Under the pieces are notes generated by a model. That model saw nothing but the letters and a program-made list of their open reading frames with translations, searched no databases and was not told the DNA's origin. A DNA stretch of 63,776 bases, the filler included, from Nemertoderma westbladi (Eukaryota > Animalia > Xenacoelomorpha), in assembly GCA_032718475.1 (NCBI GenBank). It is 3 parts of 3 records of this genome, joined end to end, with 100 filler letters (N's around TTAATTAATTAA, not from the genome) between each part and the next. Parts side by side here need not be neighbours in the genome. Positions count along the whole stretch, not along the records: positions 1 to 21,581 come from JAUCBJ010005972.1; 2 more parts are not named here. One strand, written 5' to 3'. Both the position numbers and the translations under genes were made by a program. Positions 1 through 12,749 of this stretch are shown piece by piece. How positions within the stretch are numbered: position 1 is the first letter of the stretch; each line of letters starts with the position of its first letter.

Positions 1-1064
1 GAGTCCAATATAAGCTTGGTTCCTTCACTATTAGGGGAAAGTCCATACAGCCGTCTCCTCAACTCTTCGTCTCCTAGGAATCGCTGATAGTCGGACAAAT
101 AAATATCGATAGCGTCTCTAGTTCGCGGTTTCTCGGCGGCCTCTTCGCTTTCCGCTTGAGAAAGGGTGACATCAGTTTGTTCTTCACAAGTTGATCTCTC
201 AGCCAGCTGGGATTTCCACGTGGCCGTTTCCTGTACTTTGAGATCTACCCGATGTAACCAAGTTTTGACAGCAACCTGCAGCGACGTGTCCTGTCTTCTT
301 TTGGAAGTTTCCTCAAAGGCTGAGAGGATTAGTCGAATGCGTAGGGTTCTTTCACGTACTTGGTATAGCAGCTCTTCCTGCTCTTGAGGTCCTTGAAGTT
401 GTCGAAACAGTTGTTCTTCCAAGCGCTCCAAGGAGCCGAAGAATCCCTGCACATATCCTGCTGCCGACCTCTTCCAAACAGCTGGATCCATTGTATCTTT
501 TGCCACTCCCATCCTGTGTATTTCTTCCCAAGTAGCCTCGGACAGGTCCAACGGGAGTCCGAGTCCGGGAAAGTTCCATTGTGATTCAACAATAGATATC
601 AATTCTTCCCTGGCGTATCCCGCGTAATTATCTTGGGTCGCTCGCTTATTCTTCGCCCAGTCGGCTTGATGTTCCTCCACCGCAATGAATATAGTAGTTA
701 GCACTGCAGCAGGAAGAGTAAGAAGGGGGTCCGAGTAGACTGTATCAGCCGTCTGCACTTCATGTTCGGGAGTCAGCTCTACAGTATCCGAACTGCTGGA
801 GCTATCGGGTCGCTGGGAAGTAGGTTCTTGACCAAGATGTTGCTGCGATAGGACAACTGCCTCTTGGTCCCGTTTTACCTGTGCCCGAGTGCCTATGATG
901 GACCTATGGAGGACTAGTCTAGGGTCTGATACTACTGGAGGGATGACCTTTTTTACAGTAGGAGGTGAGCCGAACTCCTTTCTTATTCGCTCCACACTCC
1001 TATCTGAATCACAGATAGTTGTATCGATCAGACTGTCTGACAGGTTTTGCTGAGTGTCAGACAT
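1..1064 (-). CDS. Putative gag(-pol) N-terminus of LTR retrotransposon copy 1; ORF runs off the window edge
   Basis: Manual translation from ATG at 1064 (MSDTQQNLSDSLIDTTICDSDRSVERIRKEFGSPP...LRRRLYGLSPNSEGTKLILD) is stop-free for ~354 codons to position 1. It is missing from the ORF track because no stop lies in the window. It sits ~2.3 kb downstream of the 5' LTR in the same orientation. No diagnostic motif within the window. Confidence 0.7.
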   Translation of the reverse strand, partial: MSDTQQNLSDSLIDTTICDSDRSVERIRKEFGSPPTVKKVIPPVVSDPRLVLHRSIIGTRAQVKRDQEAVVLSQQHLGQEPTSQRPDSSSSSDTVELTPEHEVQTADTVYSDPLLTLPAAVLTTIFIAVEEHQADWAKNKRATQDNYAGYAREELISIVESQWNFPGLGLPLDLSEATWEEIHRMGVAKDTMDPAVWKRSAAGYVQGFFGSLERLEEQLFRQLQGPQEQEELLYQVRERTLRIRLILSAFEETSKRRQDTSLQVAVKTWLHRVDLKVQETATWKSQLAERSTCEEQTDVTLSQAESEEAAEKPRTRDAIDIYLSDYQRFLGDEELRRRLYGLSPNSEGTKLILD

Positions 1065-2430
1065 GTTTGGCTATACAGTGGAAGGCTTACTGCTATAGTT
1101 ACAGTTAAAGCAAGTCTGGTAATTCAGTATGACCGCAAGCCTAGCGATTTATTACCGGTACCGTTACTCTGTGTAACGTGATATATACACAATATATTAG
1201 AATACCGGTATGCTTATAATATATAAGTATTATTACAGACTAGATTTGTCACAGAGTACCGGTATATAATTTTAGCACAAATATATATATATATATAGTA
1301 GGCCTATAATGAATACCGGTATACAGCTTACACTTATAGCATAGAAGTATAATTATGAACTAGAATTAATTGCAGAGTACCGGTATGATTTCAGCTCAAA
1401 TTTATAGAAATAAATATAATAAGCCTATGGTAAGTACCGGTATGTCAATTATTTTTATAATAATTGAGTTCCTGAATATTTTGGGGTTACTTAGTTACTT
1501 TAACTTACTTTATTACCGTTATTTAAGCAGTAGTCCAACTGACAGTGAGACCTAGTTGTTGTATGGCAGGCCTACTATTTATAAATCGTTTGAGTTGATT
1601 TATAATAGATATATACCCGTTAAAAAGGGGTTTTGACAATATTTGAAATAAATGTTATTATTTCTGGGGGTCACTACACAGAAGCTGAACGCTCTCAGTG
1701 AAGTGCTATTTATTTGACACTAAAACTGATAATTCTAATTTACCTAAGTTACTCAATACTACGAATTACTTACGATACGGGTGAGATTAATTCTCTAATT
1801 AAATACAACAAAATATTACGTACAAAATTTTTTAGGGTAATTTTACAGGAAGTCTACAAACCAGTCCAACAAAGGGTTAGATTTCTGGTTTATTACAAAG
1901 GACAGGGTACTACGGTATTTAAATAATAAGTAGTAGTAAATATATTGTACTGTCCAGATAGGAAAATACCACCGCCTGACGACCTATAACCGTATCGCTA
2001 TAGGTACTACGTTATGTATCACGGATTGTTCCTACCCAGAAGCTAATAGAGCTAACGAATGTGCCTATCAACCACTTTACAACACAAATATACTGCCTAC
2101 ACTAATTACTTCGGAAAGCACTGTACACTAAACCCTAAATTAGGTACAAGTACCGGTATAACAAATAATCAGTAGTTAAATATACTTGAACAGTTAAAAG
2201 AACCACGGCATCTGCTGGAGTGACCGAAGCACGAAATCTCCAGTCTTTACCTACGCCAAGCAGCCCTGATGTAGTACCGGGGTTAGTTTAACTATAACGG
2301 TATGTATAACAAGCACAATTACTGTAGGAATAAACTTGGGGACATGAATGTTGCGAATAATCGCATAAACTCTGAATAATAAATATTACGCTACCCGTAC
2401 AGAATACTCAAACAAAATACAAACTAAACG

Positions 2431-2950
2431 CTGGCAGACTACTATCAAGCCTAAACAAACTACAGTATGTGCAGATTCTGAAACTGTTAGTTAGTATGCG
2501 TTCTAACACGGTAGTACGACTTATTCTTTAAGAGGGGATTGACCTTACCGCTTATGGCTGCCCCAACTTACTAACGGCACTTTATCAGACCAACTCTACA
2601 CACGCAGCAATCCCTTCAGACCTAAGAATAGCTAGACAACAATCCAGCTTACAAATATTTGAGTAATAACTATTACGGTACCTGAACAGACCACACAAAC
2701 AAACACAGGCTAAAACACTGGCAGACTACGATCAAGCCTAAATAAACTACAGTATATGCAGACTCTGAAACTGTTAGTTAGTATGCGTTCTAACACGGTA
2801 GTACGACTTATTCTTTAAGAGGGGATTGACCTTACCGCTTATGGCTGCCCCAACTTACTAACTGCACTTTATCAGACAAACTCTACACACGCCGTAATCT
2901 CTCCAAACCCAACCACAGTCAGACAGCAGCTCAGCCTACAATTATCTGAA
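2431..2950 (-). repeat. ~287-bp direct duplication in the 5' leader of the LTR element
   Basis: CTGGCAGACTAC...TTTATCAGAC recurs at 2431 and 2718. A homologous duplication (offset ~288) is in copy 2 at ~20720-21250. Confidence 0.85.
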
Positions 2951-3368
2951 TAATCTGAGCAGGGTCACACGCCTTCTGCTCAATATTAGCCTACTAGGAA
3001 ATAAAACCGACAGAAATAAGTAAGCTCCAAAAGAAACAAGGGGTGTACAGTCCCTAATCTCTTAAACAGCCTACCGGTATACAATAATCAAAATCGAATA
3101 ATACTAAATGTACTTGTACAGCAGTACCGGTACCGGTGATGACAGTTAGGCCTACTGACCTACAGAAGTACCGGTTCAGTTTTATCAGTCACTACGGTAT
3201 TTAGCAGCTTTATTGCCTACTGCAATAAGATAGTAAACTGTTACTGTTCGACAGAACAGTTAGTAATCGATAAAACTGTTACTGTTCTTACCAGAACAAT
3301 ATTAAACTGTATTTAATGCCTACACTTGCAACCTTATTGCCTACTGCAATAAGATTATAAACTGTTAC

Positions 3369-4620
3369 TGTTCGCGCTTTTGAAGACCTTTAGCAGTTTA
3401 ACCCGCCAAAATTTATATGTCTTTTAGTTAATTAAAACCACTTTAGCATACAACAATAATTTATGCTAATACGCAAAACACTAGCCGAAGTCAGCCCATG
3501 CGCGATCATTCACCCGATGGATCTACACCCGGGAGACTGAATTCGGATGCTTGAATTTTATTATTGCAGTGTAAGGTTGCAGTGTATACCTACTATATTA
3601 TTCGATAGATCGTTAATAATTAATCTCTGACAGATATTATTGGCTTTCGGGAAATATTAACAGTTCCTTTAGGACGTGGCGCTTTATCTATTTAAACAGA
3701 ACTAAGACTTATACTAAAACGCAACGATACTGCTTATGATTAAAGTATAAAGCGTATTCTTTAGGAAATACTTTGTTACCAATCACAATCATACACACTA
3801 TTCTGCCGACCGTCAGTATATTTGATCACACATAAAGAGAGCAGCAATTGACTCACGTAGGGTCTGCTAAATAACATTGGATTCAATACACACCACATTA
3901 ATATAAATCGCAATTGTTATGTATAGCCGGTCTCTCTAACCTGTAGTGTATCAAGAAAATTGGGAATTTGGGTGATTTATCCGTATTATCCAAATAGCAA
4001 TATTTCCATCAACAAATAGGTACAATTAATAACTGACGGTAAAATAACAGTACAAACAATATGATTAATGCAATTAAATTAAGTGAGTTAAGTGAGTTTC
4101 ATTAGATGAGATTAGTTAGTTTGATGAGGTAACAGTTTATACTTTCGATAATTTAAGCAGTTTTACTAGAGTTCTTCCCAAAAGGCCGGTGTTTCTGGCT
4201 TAGACAGCAATAACAACAAAGTATCAAGTCAGAGCAGTAAGACTGAACACTCTCCTTATGATCGGCTGAAAAGCTACACGTCGACAGGAAAAATCGCTCT
4301 GATTGGCTCAAGCCAAACAAAGAACCATGCATCTAATGGCTGTTTCCATGTCAGCAACCAGCTGTTAGATGTCGTAATATGAATCATCACGGCTAAGCTG
4401 TGAAAGGTAGTTGGTGCATTACAGGTTTTTTGCCTTACCATGTCCGCCAAAACACGTATATAGCAGAATGATTTTTATGTCCGTTAAAACACCTGTAAAG
4501 GTACCTTGCGGGCGAGGGGAATATATATACAGTTAGAGAACCTTTTTAGAGTATTCCAGCGCCTGGGGGGAACTGGCCAGCAAAGGCAAACGTATCAGTT
4601 ATCCCACAAAAGCTTTTACA
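3369..4620 (-). mobile_element. 5' LTR (~1252 bp), LTR retrotransposon copy 1
   Basis: Minus strand begins TGTAAAAGCTTTTGTGGGATAAC and ends AAAGCGCGAACA (TG...CA). The same termini occur at 19174-20382 and 60559-61761, with different flanks. Confidence 0.85.
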
Positions 4621-5615
4621 AGTATTTCTGTGAATACAGACTCAGACACACACGGGCACGATGTTAATCCCCCCCCCCCCATACTTGCCACCGTTTTTAA
4701 CAACAGTTATTGTTATCATATAATAAAAAATATAGGTCTACACCTAAATCCCAATTGAAGTGCGATATCAAGATTTCCTTAGAATATGCCCTGAATTAGA
4801 AATACAAAGATATGAAATGGCCCTAAAACCTAAAACAAATATATTAAATGGCCTTCCTAGGAAAATACACCCATGTTAGATTGAGTTCATAATCTACAGT
4901 TAATTATATTAAATTTATTAAAAGTGGCCCCTTTATAATATCAAAATATAAAATATGGCCCTAAATTCATAAATTAATTGTATTGATGTCTATTGGCAGA
5001 AATAGACTGGCAGACAGACATGTGTCAAACGGAATTGGCAGGGGGAAGGATAATTGGGATTACAATCAGAGATGTGAGGCAAAGGTGGCTTCTACTGCTT
5101 GCCTTGCCATTTGCCCATCGCCTTATAAGTTAATAATAAAAGTAAGTAATAATAGTAAAGTGAAATCCTCCTCCAGTTTCGTTATTTATGATACGTTTAA
5201 GCTGAAACTTGTGAAATAAATACTATAATACAACCTGCGCTGCATAATTGGGGAGAAAATGATCCATATGCAGATTTTTAAGTTTTTTATATGCAGTTTT
5301 AAATTTCACAAAATTTAAAACCTTCGATATTTCATATTTTATAATCATACCTGGCAATCATTATAGTAATAATTAAGGTGCATAATACTAGCTCAGGCAC
5401 ATTTTCCATACAAAAACGTGCATTTATAATCTCTGTACCTTTCAGATCATATCAGGCTCAGCATATTATAGTTAACCCCCTCCCCTCATACCTCCCATAC
5501 CGTTGTTTACAGCAGTTATAGTATTATATAATAAATAATATCCACCAAAATCCCAATTGAAGTGCGATATCAAGATTTCCTTAGAATATTCCCTGAATTA
5601 GAAATACAGAGATAT

Positions 5616-7538
5616 ACTACTACTACTAGGTCGAGCGAACTCGGACAGTGGAAATGAGATCCTTCCAGGCTTCCCGATTCTCCATAGTTGTCGCAATTCG
5701 TATCTCCCAAGTTCAGTATCCCTTTCAAGTTGATCTATATATGTTATGGCAGGTCGTCCACGACTACGCTTTCCATGAGTTGGTTGCCAGAGAAGTAGAT
5801 CTGGTATGACCTCGTCTTTACTTCGCCAGCAGTGCCCACTGAATCTTAATCTGCATTCACGGAGGGTGGTTGATACAGGTGGTATTGTACCATAAAGCTC
5901 GGCGTTTGCCATGTGTTGTATCCAGCTGATGTTTAGGGCTGCCCTTTGTAGTCTTGTGTAGCAACCATCAATTCGTTGTTCAAGTGATTTAGTCAGTGTC
6001 CAGGTCTCACCCCCGTATAAAAATACACTTTCCACTGTGGCTCGAAAGAACTTAGTCTTCAGGTGCCTGGAGAGATCTGATTTCCAGATGGTTTCCATTT
6101 TTGATAGATCTACCCAAGCCTTTGCTTTCCTAACTTCTATGTCCTTTTTGCTACTCTCTATCCATGATCCAAGGTACTGGAAGTCATCGACCTTCCTTAG
6201 TTGATTATTATCAATGGTTGTCAAGTTTCCATCAACATTAAAGGTCACGAATTCAGTCTTGGTAGCATTTATATGCAATCCAACCTCCTTAGCAGCCCTC
6301 TCCACTTTATTTAGTAGAAGCTGTGCATCTGCTAGCGTATTAGAGAGCAGGGCGATGTCATCCGCAAAGTCGGTGTCTGTGACTGTAGTTGCCAGATATC
6401 TCCTACTTCTGCGTTCTTGAAGTGTGAATCCCAGATCTTCACCCTTTGTGGCCGCCCTGATTGCGTAATCCAGCACAATTACAAATAGTAATGGTGCTAA
6501 TGTGTCACCTTGCAGTACGCCAGCCAGGATTGAGAAAAACTCAGTTTCACCATCTGGTGAGAGTACCTGCGCTTCTGTGTCACAATATAACAATCCAATG
6601 CCAGCAACAATTACTTCTGGTATTCCATAAGCTCTTAGGATTTCAAGCATTTTACCTCTATGGATGGAGTCGAATGCCTTCTTGAAGTCCACAAAAGTCA
6701 TGACTACGGGGAGATTCTTTGACTTAATTCCTTCAATTAGACTCCGTAGTGCAAGTATCTGAGCTATTGTTGATCTACTTGGTCGAAATCCGTTTTGGCT
6801 CTTACGCAGTAGTTTCTCTATGTGAGGCCTAATCCTATATAGAATCATTTTATTGTATATTTTGGTAGCTACCACAAGCAGACAGATCCCACGATAGTTT
6901 GTTGGTATGCCGAGGTCTCCTTTCTTGGGGAGAGGCTTTAGTTGACCTTTAGTTCAAATTGGTGGTGGCTTTTCCCCTTTTAACATCCGGTTGCAAACAT
7001 TCAATAATGGTCTATTTAGCACTCCGGTTTTCCATACCTCCGCTGGGATTTCATCTAATCCACTCGCTTTATTATTGGACATGTTTTTAATGCTTCTTTG
7101 GAGTTCGGCAGGTGTGAAGTCCCCTGTTTCTATAGGTAGTGTCTTGTCATATATTTTCCTTGTAGGGCTGACCTCGATGTTTGGTGGCTGCCCAAGCAAG
7201 TTGCTGAAGTGATTTTTCACTTCTCAACACGTTCTTCAGGACTATCGGCTTTGAGGCGCCCCTTTGCACAACTTTTCCGACCAGATACGTCATTTACAGT
7301 TTGCTAGGTAAGTCTTGATTGTTGCTGTATGTGAGCAGTTGTAATTGCTTCAGTTTTATCCTGTATGTACTTTTCCTGGCTGATGTTGTAAGCCAATTTA
7401 AGATCGTCCTTAGCTTTCTCAACCTTGTTAATGTTTTCGGTTGTTGGTTGTTCGGTTTTAACTTTGTAGGCTATCTTAAGATCTTCTCTCTTACAAGTAA
7501 CCTCAAGTTTTGCCATGGCACATACTGTTTGCAGACAC
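5616..7538 (-). mobile_element. 5'-truncated RTE-type non-LTR retrotransposon (family A); RT ORF 5598-6875
   Basis: RT motifs QNGFR, FVDFKKAFDS, GVLQGD, DFADD, FQYLGS; (TAG)n tail; 12-bp TSD ATACAGAGATAT (5604-5615 / 7539-7550). An empty-site paralogue is at ~4797-4830. Confidence 0.92.
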
Positions 7539-7761
7539 ATACAGAGATATGAAATGGCCCTAAAACCCAAAACAAATATATTAAATGGCCTTCCTAGGAA
7601 AATACACTCACGTTAGATTGAGTTCATATTGTACAGTTAAATTACATTAAATTTATTTACGGTGGCCCTATCAAAATATATAAAATGACCTTTAAGATTT
7701 ACAGTAAATATATTGCAGCCAATTGGAAAATATAATTTGGCAATTGGCAATTACGATTCCC

Positions 7762-8300
7762 CGTACTTAGTTCCAATTTAAGCCTCATGCGAATTTAGTT
7801 CCAATGGAAAAGAATTTAGTTCCAATGGAAACAAATTTAGTTCCAATTTTGGCGAATTTATTTCCAATGGCGAACTTAGTTCCAATAACTAGAGAAAAAA
7901 GTTCGTACCCATTGGAACTAAATTCGCTTCCATTGGAACAAAATTTGCATCCATTGGTACTAAATTCGCATGCATTGGTACTAAATTCACATCCATTGGA
8001 ACTAAATTCGCATGCATTGGAACTAAATTCACATCCATTGGAACTAAATTCGCATGCATTGGAACTAAATTCGCATGCATTGGAACTAAATTCACATCCA
8101 TTGGAACTAAATTCGCATGCATTGGAACTAAATTCGCATGCATTGGAACTAAGTTCGTTTTGATATTCTGGGATTGGAACTAAGTTCGCCTCGATTGGAA
8201 CTAAGTTCGCTTTGTAAAATTTATTTTGGAACTAAATGCGTTTCAATTGGAACTACATAAGTTCGACTTTGAAAATGTGCGATTGGAACTAAGTTCGTGC
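7762..8300. repeat. 21-bp minisatellite in two oppositely oriented arms (foldback-like)
   Basis: AATTTAGTTCCAAT units at ~7767-7887, then the reverse-complement unit CATTGGAACTAAATTCGCATG/CACATC at ~7905-8300. Confidence 0.85.
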
Positions 8301-8769
8301 TAACCTTATGAGTTACCAGTGGAGCACGGGCCTTTTAGTAGACGCCTCATTCAGCGTCACACCTCTGATTGTAGTTCAGGAATGTAATTAGGTAAATTTA
8401 GGGCCATTTTTTATATTTTTATATTTTGTTAGGGCCACTATTAATAAATTTAATGTAATTTAACTGTACAAAAATGAACACAATCTAACATGGATGTGTT
8501 TTCCTTGGAAGGCCATTTAATATATTTGTTTTAGGTTTAAGGGCCATTTCATATTTTCAAATCTCTATCTTCAAAAACAAGGAATGTTTTGTATTAGAAA
8601 CTAGGGGATTCGCAAAGGGGTGAAAATTTTGTCTTTGTCAGGTTCCACCTCAGTCAAATTGGTTGCGCTCACGCTTATGGGGGGGGGGGGGGGGGGGGGT
8701 TTGTTGTTACTACCTAAAGTAACCTATTGTATTACGGCAATTCAATTCCTATATTAATGATTGTGGCCC

Positions 8770-11130
8770 TCATTAGACAATGTTCCTAAGTGCCATTTAA
8801 AAGGAAGTGGCCCATTCATGACAATGTCCAATTTTAGCCACTTAAATATAAAATAGCCCTCAGTAGTGAGTAGACAATGTTCGTAAGGGCCATTTTAAAG
8901 GAAGTGGCCCATTTAAGACAATGTCTCATTTGAGCCACTTAAATGTAAAATGGCCCACAGTAAACAATGTTTGTAAGGGCCACTTAACCCTATTAAACCA
9001 GGGGGGGGGGGGGTCAATATGACCCCACCCCCCGTGGTTTTTTTATTTTAATTCTGAATCAAACGCATTTGGGAATCTGAAATTTTATGACTTTTCCTAA
9101 AAATCTATTGTCTTCCTAGTGGTGAAAACCGTTTTCAAAAATATTGGGTACTTTTCGAGTTATAGCACCATTTTTTAACCCTACTTTTGGCACTTTTTTT
9201 GAGACGTTTTTTAAAAATTACATTTCATTAAATATGAATTGTAACATCTCTATTTTTGATTTACACCGGTTTTTTGGTATTAGAAATTGGATGAAATTCA
9301 TTTAAATTGATTTAGAAATTTCAAACTTGTTTTTTTTGGTGGGTGCCAAATTTTGGTGCCAGCACCAAATTTTGAAATATGTCAATTTTGTAAATTGATT
9401 GTTTGAAACTTGTTTTTTTACGCAATTTGGGTTTTTTGGGGTTCTAGATTCGATGAAATATATACGAGTTGCGCCAAGCGTATCAAACTTGTATTTTTCG
9501 GTGCTGTGTGCAAATTTTGGTGCTAGCACGAAATTTTGAAAATCCATTCAATAGATAAAATTGCTTGTGACAATTTATTTCTTGCGTTTTAAATGTTTAT
9601 GGCTGTTCTGAATTCAATGGAATAGATAATTATCGAACTAGACATCTCAAACTTGTATTTTTCGGATGTGGGTGCAAAATGTGGTGCTAGCACCAAATTT
9701 TGAAAACCATCAAATATATCAATTGATTGTGTCACCTTGTTTCTTGCGTTATACGGGTTTGTGATGGTTCTGAATTCAATGGAATCAGTAAAAATTTCAT
9801 AAGATTTCTCAAACTTGTATTTTTCGCCGGTGGCTGAAAATTGTTGTGCCAGCACCAAATTTTGGAAAATATGCAAATTGATCAGTAGATAGTATCACCT
9901 TGTTTCTTGCGTTATACGCGTTTATGAGGGTCCTGAATCCGATGGAATCAATAAAAACAGCACTGGACATCGCAAACTTGTACATTTTGGTGATGGGCAC
10001 GAAATTTGGTGCTAGCACCAAAATTTGCCAAATTACGCCGAAAAATACAAATAGCAATGATCTGGCATATTAGAAATGTATTCCATTAGAATCAGCGCCC
10101 TAGAAAACCTGGAAATGTGAATTTATAGCATCGTATAAATGAATTAAAAATTTTGTGTTCTAACTGAAAAGTGCTGGTTACTTGTTTTTTTCATTTTTTT
10201 TCCTACGTAGAGAGGACTAAACAGCCATTTATAGTAATCATATCATTTTTTAATGTTTTCCAAAGTATTTTACACCCCAGAAAACCTGTATTGAAAAATA
10301 ATTAGCCGAATATGTAACTTTCAAATTTGGTGAAAATTGTGCACTACTTGTAATTTTGGTGCTGCAATATAACCACCCCAGTACATTTTTTCGAAAATTT
10401 TTTTTTTCTGCCGGATCCAGACAAGTGATACCTACGTACAACCAAAAAATCAGACGTTTTCGTAAATATTTGTAGATTTTAGTGGGGGGGGGGGGGGTCA
10501 ATATGACCCCCTCCCCCCGGTATTTGTACAACATTTTATAGCCCGGTACTAATAGGGTTAAAAGGAAGTGGCCCATTCAAGACAATGTCTCATTTGAGCC
10601 ACTTAAATGTAAAATGGCCCTCAGTAAACAATGTTTGTAAGGGCGATTTAAAAGGAAGTGGCCCATTTAAGACAATGTCTCATTTGAGCCACTTAAATGT
10701 AAAATGGCCCTAGATGGCAATAGATACGAATTGATTTCTATATCTTGTTTCTCGCATTACATGTGTTTTACGTTGGTTCTGAATTCATTGGAATAAATAA
10801 AAACGGTTTTAGACATTTCAAATTTTATTTTTCGGAGGTGTGTGCCAAATAAATAATAAACAAAACTAATAACAAAATTTTAATAAAAAAAACTTCCCAA
10901 GAAATTGTAATATTTATAATCAGCGCCCCAGAAAACCTAAAAATGTGAATTTAAGCACGCTAATAAGAGTAAATTTTTTATTATTTCCGGTATGAATAGG
11001 GTTAAAGGTGTAAAAAGGGTAAAAAGTTAAATTGGCCCATTCAAGACAATGTCTCATTGGAGCCACTTAAATGGCCCTCAGTAGACACTGTTCCTAAGGG
11101 CCATTTAAATTGGACTGGGTCCTTCAGACA
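8770..11130. repeat. ~90-bp tandem repeat interrupted by piggyBac-like MITEs
   Basis: GACAATGTCTCATTTGAGCCACTTAAATGTAAAATGGCCC units at ~8918, 10581, 10671 and 11045. Confidence 0.75.
8988..10557. mobile_element. Non-autonomous piggyBac-like element (~1570 bp)
   Basis: TTAA duplication at 8984-8987 and 10558-10561; termini CCCTATTA...TAATAGGG; internal repeats containing GGTGCTAGCACCAAAT; no coding capacity. A related fragment lies at ~10720-11001. Confidence 0.85.
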
Positions 11131-12749
11131 AATCTCCCATTGGATACACGCAATGAAGGAAATGTCATATCATAGCATAGCATAGCATAGCATAGTATAA
11201 TACCATAGCATACAAACATAACATAACATAATGCATAACTATATAATAATTCAGCTGGTCGAGACAATGACAAATATAGAATAGGCCCTATAACAATATT
11301 ATAGATATAGAATAATAATGAAATTTATAGAGGCACATAAGTAATGGCTACAATAATGTAGCACATACTGAATTTGTAAGGCTGAAGTGTTTTCAATACT
11401 AACTGCTAATGGATTATATTCCTGTCACTAGAATATCGTTTCTAGTAGTCGTGAAATGTTAGGATACATACCTAACATAACATCTACAGTTAGTTATCAT
11501 AGCATGCATAGCATACATCTTATATCAGCAAACCAAACATAAACTGTAGCATGCCCTAAGACTAAGGGTCGGACGATACCATGCCAAGCATAGTTATATA
11601 CCATACCATACATACCTTAAATAGCATGCAACATTGTAATCCTAAAGTATATTTCATTGTTTTTTAGGTTTCAAACTATGTTTTGTTAAACTGTAGTGGC
11701 CGCTAAATGAATCAAGTTTCCATAATTATTCATGTGTATTCATGTTGTATTTGTGCAAATTATCAAACTTTCCGTTTGGCACAGCTTAGTGAAGTACAAG
11801 AGACGGCGAAGCACATAATAACAAAGAATCGAATATAGTGGCTGCAGATATGGTTTGACAGATGGGAGCTAGGTATATTAGGTAGTATTTCAAGGTCTAC
11901 CTTTTTTTTGCCTGAGACGCTAGCGGAATGGTAAGAGCGCCAAACTGGCGGTCACCACTTCGATCCCATCTGGACGTCATTCTCGACTTTGCTAAGCTGT
12001 GCCCAACAAAAGTTATAATAATTTTTCATGAATCAATAATTATTGCTGTTCAATTTATTTCAGGGAAATTCGTTTAGTAGAAACATATGTAATTATCAGA
12101 TTCTGCATTTTTGCACTTCTGTTTCTCGCTACTTTTCCTTGTTTCGGCGTCTATATTCTACCTATATTATTTTTTTTTAAAGAAAACTCTATAATTAGGG
12201 CCATTGTGTCAATTATTTTCTTCCACCACTGCGTGGAAGATCGTGGTATTTATTGCTATTTCAAAATATATTTTAGAAGGAAAAAAGTTCTGGAAGGGCC
12301 ATACCTCACTACTTGTTAATTAGAGCCCCCTAGTGGATCATATTAGTATTTCATTTACATCTAAGCAAGTTTGTTGGGTATGCTCAAAAGTTATATATTC
12401 GCACTGGCCCTTATCGGCCAATGCATATATACATATATATATAAATCTTAATATTAATAGAACGGCCTCTATTTGTGGGCCAGCATGGAGACACTATAAC
12501 CAGTACTGTACGGTACTGCGTAGCATTAAATATATATCAATATCTATCTGTTGTTTACGATGGGAGCATTCAAATAGGTAATGCATTTCTGTTCCCGGCA
12601 CTCCGCAAAGGCATGTATCTGATTCGAGGTCAATATATATGTATCTCATATGGGCAAGATTACCTTGCCCAGTTATTAGTCCAACGATGAAGGATTATCT
12701 AGATCGGTTACATTCCAATCTGATAGGAGATAACGAAGGGTCAATTTGT

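Noticed and set aside
7804-8163. Repeat-peptide ORFs (also 35538-35929, 36604-37041, 44624-45288, 59050-59325)
   Set aside because: By-products of stop-free tandem repeats; no evidence of coding.
11905-11985. tRNA gene
   Set aside because: Only degenerate A/B-box-like motifs with no cloverleaf; at most an old SINE head.
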